Positions 12,950-23,756 of a DNA stretch of 64,000 bases are shown in pieces (positions within the stretch are counted from its first letter, which is position 1; each line of letters begins with the position of its first letter). Below the pieces are notes generated by a model. That model saw nothing but the letters and a program-made list of their open reading frames with translations, was not told the DNA's origin and searched no databases. A program made the translations under genes and the position numbers. Origin of the DNA: Felis catus (lineage: Eukaryota); assembly GCF_018350175.1 (NCBI RefSeq), contig NC_058383.1, positions 31,002,001 through 31,066,000 of the forward strand, in the 5' to 3' direction.

Positions 12950-13460
12950 GGCAGCTTTACTGAGGTACAACTGACATACGATAAGCACTTAATTAGTGTC
13001 ACAGGTGAGCTTTGACACATGTTCACATGCACGAAATCACCACCACAATCCAGGCAGTGAACAGACCCATCACCTCCAAGAGTTTCCTCGGGCCTTCCGG
13101 ATATCCCCTCCTTGCGCCCCCTAGTCACGCCCTCACCTCCAGCAGCCGCTGTCTGCTCTCTGTCTCTGAGGCTAGTCTGCATTTGCTAGAGTTTTCGATA
13201 CATGGAATCACATAGTATACTCTGTTGGGGGGTCGGGCCGTTCTTCACTCAGCATACCCGAGATCCATCCGTGCTGTTGAGTATAGTGCTGGTTCATTCC
13301 CCTCTGTCCAGGCAGACAACCAGGGGGGACCTACCCACCAGTAACGTCCATGTGGGTGCTCACAGTGCGGGTCAATCACCAGTGAAGGTGCCCAGAGCGT
13401 TTGTGCACAAGTCTCTGTACAGATGTGTATTGCCTTTTCTTGTGGATAAAAACCTCAGAG
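12950..13460 (-). mobile_element. Old L1M (L1MB/MC-like) 3' end, antisense
   Basis: cagctttactgaggtacaactgacata...aatcaccaccacaatccagg...catggaatcacatagtat..., a typical L1M 3' UTR reverse pattern. Confidence 0.8.
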
Positions 13461-13970
13461 CACAAGGCCAACCTTGGCTTTGAAGGTGCCGTATTATCCG
13501 TATGGCGCATCTTTCGTTTTCAGGCTCAAATACCAGGATCAGCGTTCAGCTGAGTCTCCAAGTACAGCACAACTACGATCTTGGACAGGAGAGGGAACCT
13601 GCATCCGAGTGAGGGCAAAGGTAAACGTCTCATCCTGTTATTACCATTAACCTTTTGAACACTTAATGTATATCTCAGGCCATGATAAGCTCTTTCCAGT
13701 ATTGAGCGAATTAATCCTCTCAAAGTCCTATGAAGCGGGTATCATTCTCATCACCACGTTGCAAACTAGGAGGGGCCAGACTGCTGCAGTGGGTACGGGT
13801 AGAGGCAGGATCTGAACCCACCGCCTGGCTAGTGGCTCCGCATGCTCAGTCAAGATGCTAGGCCGGCTCTCAGGGCTTTATTTTAATGCATTTTGTGCAT
13901 ATGGTCCTGCAAGACTCCACTTTCTGGGTCTACTTCTCCAGTGCGCAAACTTCCTCTGTGAGGGAGGGCC

Positions 13971-14342
13971 TGGCCATTTCGGGGCACCCACTGCACCACG
14001 CTGGCTGTTTCAGGACACCTGTGGCACCACGCCAGCCATTTCAGGGCACCCAAGGCACCATGGTGGCTGTTTCAGGGCACCCGCGGCACCCCTCTGGCTG
14101 TTTCAGGGAACCCACCCCAGTATGCTGGCTGTTTCAGAACACCCAAGGCACCACGCTAGCTGTTTCGCAACACCTGAAGCACCACGCTGGCTGTTTCAGG
14201 GAACCCACTCCAGTATGCTGGCTGTTTCAGGGTACCCGAAGGACCACGCTGGCTGTTTCAGGGAACCCAGCCCAGTATGCTGGCTGTTTCAGGGCACCCA
14301 AAGCACCATGCTGGCTGTTTCAGGACACCCACAGCACCACGG
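13971..14342 (+). repeat. Minisatellite, 12 x 31-bp units (consensus tggctgtttcagggcacccaaggcaccacgc)
   Basis: Units start at 13971, 14002, 14033, 14064, 14095, 14126, 14157, 14188, 14219, 14250, 14281 and 14312, an exact 31-bp period. Confidence 0.96.
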
Positions 14343-17300
14343 GTAAGGAAATGAGAACTGCCCTGGGCCTTTGGCTCCAGTGTGGCTCCCAGGATGCTCT
14401 CGATGTCCCAAGCTTACATCGCGCTCCCCTCCCTGATGGCCTGCCCTTAGGACTTCATGCCCCGGCATCAGAGGTGAAGACAGCAGCCCTACAGAGTCTG
14501 CTTAACCGACTCCTGCCAAGCGTGTGAGGTCGAGTTCCTGTATCAAATTCCTTAATACATACACAGACAGATCTCTCAGCGGTTCCGCTTCTCTGACTGA
14601 ACGCTGATCCCTGCATATTTGGCTCAAGAAGTCGGAGGACAAAACATCAAGTAGTTCTGAGTTGTGACTTAAGCCGTGGACTTGAAGGAGGTGCACATGA
14701 ATTTCAGGCCAACACCGAGGAAGATCAGAGGCACTGCGTGACCTCTATGGGGCCCTCAACTGCCCTGACCCTCCTAAGGCCAGTCTTCCAGTTTCTCCAA
14801 ACCACACACCTCCAGCCCTGTAAAAACTGGCAGGAGAGACTGAAGATGTGACTCAGCCCCAGGCCCCACAGTCCCTGAAGACAACGGAATCCACCCCCAG
14901 GAGTCCTTGGGAGCCTTGGTTCGTTCAATCCACATCTACCAAGTACCTACGATGTGCCGGGAACTGGAGCAGACTCCCAGAGAGGACTGTGCACAAAGCA
15001 GTCCTCGCTGTCACCAAGCGGACAAGCGAGCTGATGAAGACAGATGGGCCACAAATAAACCAATGCGGCAGGTGCAGGGAAGAAAAATAAGTGTGCAGAG
15101 GGGGCAGAGCACAATGGGTGGAGGCAGGTGATTCTGGGGAGGAGCATGGAGGAAGAAGGACCTCCAGAGAGGCAGACATTTGAGCAGAGACCATGCGACG
15201 CCTGTAGCGCTGTGTACCCTCGCGGGTTGCGGGTTGCTGTTATCTTATCAGCCAGAAACGCATGTAATGGGGTGTGGCTGGCCGGACCTGAGCGAGCGTC
15301 TGTGCATCTCTCCCGTTCGAGCCCCCTGGAGGCAGGGGAACCTCTCTGCTCGGGGCTCACACAGCCCTTGGTTCAGACCAAGGGCCGTGAGCCGAACACA
15401 ACTCCAGTGGACCCTCAGCTCTTGGGGGACGCGCTGGTCTTCACCCCTCCGTCTCAGGTTACACAGGAATCACAGCAGGGCCTCGGAAACCAAAATCTCT
15501 CCCCAGCACACTGGGCGGATCATCCGCTCTTAGAGCAGCGTCTGCCAATGCTAAAGCCCTAAAGATGGACAAGCCTCCATCACAGCGAGGCTTCCTTTTG
15601 AATAGTCTGCTAGAAGCATTCATGTCAGTCCCATGAACCCCAGCCAACTGTGACCTGCATCTCCCTGATTTGCCCCTCTCCCCTCTCCCTGCAACAGGTT
15701 TCCGGGATTCCATAATCGACAGCTTACACAATCATGCGTACGATCGCCGTGCCTTGCAGGCATTGTTACTGCTTTTGCTTATTAGGTAAACAAATCCTTA
15801 CGTGTTGTCAAGACCCTCCGGCTAAAAATCTGGCGGGATGGCCTGTCATTTGTACCCATCTAGAACGTCATTTATGTGTAAATCGCAAGAGGCAGTATTA
15901 CACACGCATTGCGACAATCTGCCTTCCACTTTCAAAGTCAAGGGTCCTCTCGTGTTTTGCTCAGTTTATCCCAGACACCCAGAGCAGGGACTGGTGAGCC
16001 GCGAGCACGCGGTATTCGTACAGGAAGTCAACACACGAAAGGCAGACACGATGATGATACCTTACTTGCGAGTGTTTGAGGTTGAAGAGGATCACGTGTA
16101 CAGGGCCCAGAGCAGCACTAGGCCACAGCACTCACCTAGCACATGGATAGTACACAACCTGGAGCCTGTTCCAAATCTGGGACAACCCCAGGCCCTGTGG
16201 GGAACAGTCACGATGGGACAGGGTCTGCAGGTCCCCAAGGTCCCACTGTGAAAAGAGGCTGGGTGGCCAGCCAGCTGGTGGTATGATAGATGAGTCCTGG
16301 GCTTTTGCCCGTCAGGTGCCACCACAGCCAGTGAAGCGTCCCCCCTGCTGCCGGTGGTGAAAAACAAAACAAAAAAACCTCAGAGCGCAGGTGGCTGGTG
16401 GGCCGAGAGTCCGCAGGGTCAAGGTCACTGGGGAAGTAAAGGACGACATGGGAAGTTCATGACAGCACATCGCCGACAGGTGGGGGACGTAGTTCACCAC
16501 TGTCACGACTGGCACAGCCACATGAGTGCTAATCCGGAGCCCTGACCAAAGGCGGCCAGGCACAGACCATCACGTGGACGGGCCTCCACCCTCCCCAGAG
16601 CCGCTCCAGGCTGGAACACACTCGAGACCACGCAGGAGACCAGGCAGCCTCCACGGATTCCACCACTGATGGCTTCTTGTCCCTTCTTGGCCTAGATGTG
16701 CACGTGGCAAGTGTGCACCCGCTGAGCTGCCCCACTCCGGGCCAGACTCACGGGATGAAACAGCGGACAGAAACGAGCCCCTTGCGACACAAGGACTTCG
16801 TGCATCCGTCCCCCATCCGACATTCCAGCAACGTGGGTGTGGGGCCAACTCCACACGCCTGATGCTGCTGCACACTGTTTGTGACATCATCCCGCGTGGG
16901 GACAGGAACCGTAGCCATGGGGCCCATGAGAGCAAACAGCTCCCTCAGCCCCAGCAACAGAACACACGGGCCACCCCACATCCTGTCCGCCAGGCACCCG
17001 ATACAAATCATCAGTCACACTCATGACAACACGCACTTGGGATCACTACTCCATTTGACGGAGGAGAAAAAGTAAGATTCCTAGCAGTGAAGCGTGTCCA
17101 GAATTTGAACCCGTACCTGTCTGCTAGGGCTTAGAGAGCACCCTTCTGCAATCCTTTCTCAGAACAGCCTGTTCGGCCGACTAAGGACGAGGACACCGAG
17201 GCACAGGGAAGGAGAGGGACCTGATTCTGGTCACCTGCACACCCACCCTTGAACACACCAGGCTCAGGATCCAGCCTGGACCCCTCTGAACGTCATGCTC

Positions 17301-18948
17301 TAAGACACCACTCTGCTTCCCCCCTGCCTTCCCCCCCATGGCACACGTGGCCCACGGCCACGTGCCCACAACCCCAGACGCGGTCTCAGGACGAAGCTTC
17401 AAGAGCAGCAATTCCACCCACCCCCAACCAAGACAAACATTCTGTTTCAACCAGGGGCTCCCGCCCCCGGTGAGTTCAACAGGACAGCTCGCCCAACAAG
17501 TCTGTCCTTTACTGTCACACCCAGAGTAACTTTTTTGAACGATTTCCAAAGGGCTGGGGAAGCGAAATCGAACATTCTGCCATTATCCCCGAAGGCCAGG
17601 CCACTGCAGCAGGAGCTCTGCCATTAGAAGTGGGCTAACTCCCAGCAATCATCATCAAACACGGAAGCTGCCTTCAATTTCAGCCGGAGGGAACGGGGTT
17701 GTAAAGGCGGCGAAATATGCACTCAAAGACATTCACACACTCTGTCTTTGCAAGAGCAGGACAAAGATTGGAAACGCTCTGTAATAATCTAATTCCCCAG
17801 CCAAAGATTTCAACAAATCACAAAATGTTATTTAAAGGCCTATTATGTGTCAGGATAGGTTATCGAGCTGGTTGGAACTCTGCCTTGCCACGTAAAAGGA
17901 CAAGTGATTTGACAAAATTCTAGGTGGAAACACAGTCTCTTCCTCCTCAAAGCCCAGGGAGCCTTAATTGTAAAACTGTGATTGTACCATGTCAGAGGTT
18001 TCTGAGCCCAAATGGGCTCCAACGTCAAAAGCAATCCTCTTGTGCTTTTCGGGGTGGGACTGGGGTGACCAGGGGCCAGGTGCAAAATTTAAGGGAACAC
18101 CAAAAAACTCCCCCATCATGATAATGTTTTCGTGCGATATTCTGAAACACCAAAATTAAGGCCTAAGGGTCTCTAACGAACAAAAGAGCAAAAATGTAAG
18201 TAAATATGGGACCAGTATTATGGTTTCCTCCTCCTGCCTCAGGCGCGGATATGGCTGGGCTCTGCACTGCTCCTCTTTCTGGGGATGGTAAGACACACAC
18301 AGAAAAGCAAAGTGACTTGTCACAGTCACACTGTCACTGGGAACTAAGATACCCTCCACCCCGTGCTGTCGGGAGCCCAGGCACCTGGGGCAGGGTTCCT
18401 GTACCAAGCGCCCCGTCCCCACTCCAGTCATGGTGTCACAGGGCTACCGGCAGACAGGTCGGACACACCTCTGCTTCCAGTCGGCAGAGGCCACTCCCAG
18501 ACTGACGGAGGGGTGCAGGCAGCGGGTACAAGGTGAACCCAGCAACAACTGCATTTTGTTGGTGTCCCTGAGTGTTTCCAATTAAAATCAGCTCCCACCA
18601 TTTTGAAATGAAGATTTCAGAAAAACCCAGATGTTCGACTCCTCTTAAAGAAATGGTTCTGGGACAATGAGCCCAACTTTCCCACGATGGGGGGAGGGAA
18701 ACAAGAGCTCTCCATGAAGTGTCAGCCCCACCGCATGTGGGCACTCTTCGAGGCACTGGGCACACAACAGTGGACAAAGGGACCATGCACCGTTCACATG
18801 CCAGTGGGGACACACAGTCAGCAAAGTAGGTGACATGGAGAACAAGCCAGAAAATAGCAGATATGGAAGAAAGCAAAGCAGGGTTAGGGGACAGGAAGAG
18901 TTGTCTGTGGGGAGCGGGAAGCAGTTTTGAATAGGGTGGTCAGGAAAA

Positions 18949-19415
18949 GAGGGAAGTTCTGCCATTTGTGACACCACGGATATACTTTGCGAGCATTATG
19001 CTAAGTGAAATGACTCCGAGAGCAGAAAACAAACGCCACACGGTCTCACTCGGCCGTGGTGCCTCAAACAGCTGAACTCCCAGAAATAGGAAGTCAAGGT
19101 TGCCAAGGGCTCAGGAAAACGGGGATATGCTGATCCAAGCGTACCAACTTCCAGCTGTTAAGATGCATCCTGATGATCGATGGACAGGACGGTGACTGTC
19201 ATTGATGACACGTGCCACATACTTGAAAGTTGTTAGGGGAGCAGATCATCAACGTTCTCTCCGTGGACACACAAACGGTAATTATGGGAGAGGATGGAGG
19301 TGTTAAATAACCTTTTGTGGCCAGCTTTTCATGCCACACACGTGTCAAATCATCCCCTTGTACCCCTCTTCCACGCACACAACTGATGCATGAGTAAGAA
19401 CTCAATAAAGCTGGG
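18949..19415 (+). mobile_element. L1MA-like 3' end
   Basis: ctgccatttgtgacacca...cattatgctaagtgaaat...tacttgaaagttgtt...ctcaataaagctgg. Confidence 0.85.
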
Positions 19416-20542
19416 GCAACAACGGGGTGTTGAGGGAGGGGCTCTGTGCGGGGTGGACCCCTGTGTGAGCGAACATCCAAGGACATGGGCAAGCGAGCCC
19501 CGATCCGTCTCCTTTCGCTCCCGTCTCCTGAGAAGGTACTTAGCTTCCTCATCCGCAGAAGGGAGGGTACCGAACACCTACCCCCACGCGGTTGCTATGG
19601 GGACTGAAGTGCGATCACGTGTGCCGAGAGCACAGCACAGTTCCGGGCACATCTGAGCCCCCTAAACGCTGCAGCCAGCACCCCATCTCCCACACGGCCG
19701 CCTCCATCATTTCCGCCACCTCCTCTAGCACCATCAGGATAAGGATGAAAAAAGAGACAAGCCTCTAAAACAATCCAGGTTGTTTCAGGCCTCCCTCAAT
19801 CCCCCCCGCATCCCAACCCACCCACACTCCGCCTCCCAGGGGGCCGTGCTCCTTCCTGGTAGAGCGACTTCTTTCAGCTACTCCCTTCGGGCTCAGGCCA
19901 GAGACCAGTCTGTGCTCTCGCCGCTTCTTCAAAACCTATCTATTTACCTTCTCATGTGCTGCTGTGAACCAAAAGGCGAGGCTTTTCCCAGCACTCAGGT
20001 AGGCACTGCCTAGTACGTGTTTGGAGAACGGAACCCTTTCTATGCACAACCCCTTTCCGGATACGCTTCTGCCCGAAATCACGTAGAACGACTTCTAGGC
20101 GCTCACAAGACCTATGTATACACTGCACACAGACTCTCAACTCTGGTTCCTACAGACTGGAAATCATCAGAAAGCTGAAATAACCAGCCTTTTTTTTATA
20201 GTGTCACACTATCCTAACTGATGTTTGTAATTATGGCCTTGAGGCAAGGCAAGTTCCTTAACTGCCTTCCAAATTATCAAAGATCAAATTATGTTCAGTT
20301 GCATTTTAGCGGTAAGTGTGTTTTAATTATATTCTCATTCTTGGGAAATTAGTAACCCACATGGCTGAAATAGATCATCAAGGCAGCTTTGTAAATAAAA
20401 CATTCTGGATAAAGGTCAGATTTCCAGAATGTTCTCGCAAACCCATATTCTGCCATCATTCTAAGTGAGAGGTTTCTAATTTATATCCTTTTTCCCCAAA
20501 AAGAATAATGGCCACTTATAAACGGGTATATTATGGAATAGT

Positions 20543-20766
20543 TGTTTTTTTTTTTATTTTTTTTTCAACGTTTATTTATTTTTGGGACAGAGAGACAGAG
20601 CATGAACGGGGGAGGGGCAGAGAGAGAGGGAGACACAGAATCGGAAACAGGCTCCAGGCTCCGAGCCATCAGCCCAGAGCCTGACGCGGGGCTCGAACTC
20701 ACGGACCGCGAGATCGTGACCTGGCTGAAGTCGGACGCTTAACCGACTGCGCCACCCAGGCGCCCC
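20543..20766 (-). mobile_element. Young felid Can-SINE (SINEC_Fc type)
   Basis: Reverse complement of ggggcgcctgggtggcgcagtcggttaagcgtccgacttcagccaggtcacgatc...; CpGs retained; poly-T tail; imperfect TSD core ggaatagt on both sides. Confidence 0.95.
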
Positions 20767-21416
20767 AAGGAATAGTATTTTTAAATTAAGTGAGGAAACA
20801 GAGGAGGAAGGAGAGGCAGGAAAATAGACGGAGCCAATAGTAAGGTCAGAATCAAAGACACATGCCTCAACAACTCCATTTTAGCTAGAGACGAGCCCAC
20901 ATTTGCCTCTGAGCTTCCTAGCAGGCAAGGTAAAGAAGGAAACACCAGTGACAACATTCATACCACACACAAGAACGGGCTACTTAGCCAAAAAAATCAT
21001 TCCTGGTCCATCTACCAAACTCAAGTTTCTCTCACACAAGAATCACACACCATCTGACTGAACCACGACATCCTTACCTCCGTGCTGCAGGAAAAACCAC
21101 GATGATTTTCAGTAAGCCGTACTCCTCTATCACCCCAAGGCCAGAGATCAAAATTCAAGTGCCAGTGAAAATGGGGGAGGTACACTGAGCCAGGGGCACA
21201 GCAGAGGACAGGAGACAGTTAGGGGCTCTGACAAGCTGGGAAGTCTGCATAGCACCTAACGCAGGAATCTCTACCTCAGCTCCAGCCAACGGCTACTGTG
21301 TGGGAATATGGGCCCCATGCTCCCGACAAATCCAATTTTTAAACTACGAGAGATTTCAAGCAACAAGAACACATACGACTAGGAAATAAGTAACCGTAAT
21401 AAAGCAAACATCTGTC

Positions 21417-21639
21417 GGGGCGCCTGGGTGGCGCAGTCGGTTAAGCGTCCGACTTCAGCCAGGTCACGATCTCGCAGTCCGGGAGTTCGAGCCCCGCGTC
21501 AGGCTCTGGGCTGATGGCTCAGAGCCTGGAGCCTGTTTCCGATTCTGTGTCTCCCTCTCTCTCTGCCCCTCCCCCGTTCATGCTCTGTCTCTCTCTGTCC
21601 CAAAAATAAATAAACGATGGAAAAAAAAATTAAAAAAAA
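21417..21639 (+). mobile_element. Young felid Can-SINE (SINEC_Fc type)
   Basis: Same subfamily as 20543-20766. Perfect 18-bp TSD aataaagcaaacatctgt at 21398-21415 and 21640-21657. Confidence 0.96.
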
Positions 21640-21747
21640 AATAAAGCAAACATCTGTATACCTACTCACTTCCTGTATCACTTAAGATATAGAACCTTCT
21701 TGTACTCTTGAAACCCTCTCCCCATCTATTATCACTACCCTGATTTT

Positions 21748-21971
21748 CTTTTTACTTTTTAAAAATTTTGTAATGTTTATTTTTGAGAGAGAGAGCGTGT
21801 GCAAGCAGAGGAGGGGCAGAGAAAGAGACAAAGACACACAATAGGAAGCAGGCTTCAGGCTCTGAGCTGTCAGCACAGAGCCCGACGCGGGGCTCGAACC
21901 CACGACCCGTGAGATCATGACCTGAGCTGATGTCGGACGCTGACTCGCCGACTGAGCCACCCAGGCACCCC
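21748..21971 (-). mobile_element. Can-SINE (older subfamily)
   Basis: Ends ...ctgagccacccaggcacccc. Degenerate TSD atcactaccctgatttt (21731-21747) / atcactagcctggtttt (21973-21989). Confidence 0.93.
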
Positions 21972-23565
21972 AATCACTAGCCTGGTTTTTAAATGCGTCA
22001 CCCCCTTGGGGATGTATGGTTCACCACATGTGTGGACTCCTACCCTGTCTCCTGTTCCATTCTACACTATTCTGGTCTTTAATAGAAACAGGTTTCTACC
22101 ACAACTTGCTTTCTTCCGGCCACACGTTCTTCATGAGACCTACTCTCATGATGCACCAGCTCAACAACATCCATTTTCACCGCTGCACTGATTTCTACAT
22201 GACATTCCACTTCTTTTAACTCAAATCTGTTGCTGATGGAGGTGTGAGTTGTATTGAATGTGTCACCTAATAAGCAATACAATGGATGTGACTGTACACG
22301 TCTTTCCTGGTGCCTGTGGACAACGCTTCAAGGTAGGGCTAAATTCTAGAGTTCAGTCATGGCCAAACTAATTCCAACTCAGAAAGAAGAGGCCGATGGC
22401 TTCATGGTGAATTGGGAAATAATTCTCTAAGCAGTAAAGCAACTCAGACCACATTTGCTCCTGCCCGTGATCTAGCTTAATTCAAGGACAAAAGGGTCTC
22501 ACATGGACAGACCAGAGGACCTTTGGGCAGGAGTTCATGAATACCATTTCTTAAATGAAGACTTTTGGAGAGCAGAAAGTTTCACCTTATACTCATCCCC
22601 ACACACCCAGAGGGAAGACCTATGTGCTGCTGACCAAGGACAGGTCCCTACCCTTTCAAAGCCTACCGAGTCAGAGGGCAATCTGACAGCCTGTTGGAAG
22701 GTCACATTATGCACTCAGAAGTGGTGTTATTAAACCACTAGCTACTGACAACGCCCCCAGAGTGGGAATCTGATTTCAATGATAAGTTACACACCTCTGC
22801 AGAGAGTAGGATTCCAAGTTTAAAAATTCAATACATTGCCGTCAAAAATAAGTGTATTGTGTGACAGATAATACCTCTATTTATATACCCATACAAGACA
22901 TAGATAACTGTATCTATGCATAGAAATAAAATGTTGTCGTAACAAACCCTGACGTGATGATCTCCGGGATGAACAGCAAGTGTGTTTTCTTTCCTAAGTT
23001 TTACTTCTCTGTATTTTTTTCAGTGATAGGTTACTTCCCTCCTAGTGTCATGGGAATGTGACTAATCAAGTTACCTTTCATTTTCAATGGCTCTTCTCCT
23101 CAAGAGCCCAAAATGGATCCTCTCCAACTAAAAATTCTTTTTTTTTTATGATGAGATTTCTTTCAAAACATATTCCCCCTAAAATATTGTCTCCAAGATA
23201 GTCCACTGTGCTTTGCAAAAGGTACCGCACCTAACACAGAGCTCCCAGAAAGCTGGCAGACAATACAATCGATAACAGAAAAGTCTATCAGTGCAAAACA
23301 CACACAAGAGTAGGTGTCCTTTGAACTGTAGATTTTTCACGTTTTCATAGTTTTCATAAAGTTTTATGACAACGTAGCTGAACCCCACTTTATTCTTCTG
23401 TAAAGTGGCAATAATCACTCTCACCCTTCCTTCAAGCATGCAGGAGCGTGAAACATGCCTACTGCCTGGCCCATGACAGGCACTTAAAACGGTAGCCAAT
23501 TCTAACACACGATGCCCCCCATCACCGCCATCACCAGCATCAGGCAGCTGGAGAACCATCTAGAT

Positions 23566-23756
23566 CAGGGACCGGCCCACGGCCACCTGATTTGGTAAAG
23601 AGTTTCCCCGGTACAGCCACACCCATGTTGGCTTACTGTCTAGGGCTGTCGTGGGGCCTCCGGTGGCAGGGCTGAGAACCTGCAATGCAGACTGTGTGGC
23701 CTGCATGCCCCAGATATTTATTATTTGGCACTTTATAGAAGTCTGCAGGCCCACCC
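23566..23756 (+). mobile_element. MER58A-like element
   Basis: tacagccacacccat...gatatttattatttggcactttatagaagtctgc; ctag-containing flanks on both sides. Confidence 0.7.

Noticed and set aside
13971..14342. CRISPR-like array (regular repeats with variable parts)
   Set aside because: The variable halves are related to each other rather than unique spacers, there are no cas genes, and the context is a mammalian intron. It is a minisatellite.
13855..14527. 163-aa and 213-aa repetitive ORFs
   Set aside because: They are open only because the 31-bp unit mostly lacks stop codons; no recognisable protein family.
16416..16427. GGGTCAAGGTCA nuclear-receptor DR0/NR5A-type motif (TCAAGGTCA also near 37751 and 51514)
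   Set aside because: Short motifs with no supporting context visible from the sequence alone.
20542..20742. Short ORFs such as MFFFLFFFQRLFIFGTERQSMNGGGAEREGDTESE... and MAQSV... at several loci
   Set aside because: They are translations of Can-SINE sequence.
21417..21500. tRNA genes (A-box/B-box-like sequences)
   Set aside because: They are the tRNA-derived heads of Can-SINEs, followed by CT-rich bodies, A tails and TSDs.
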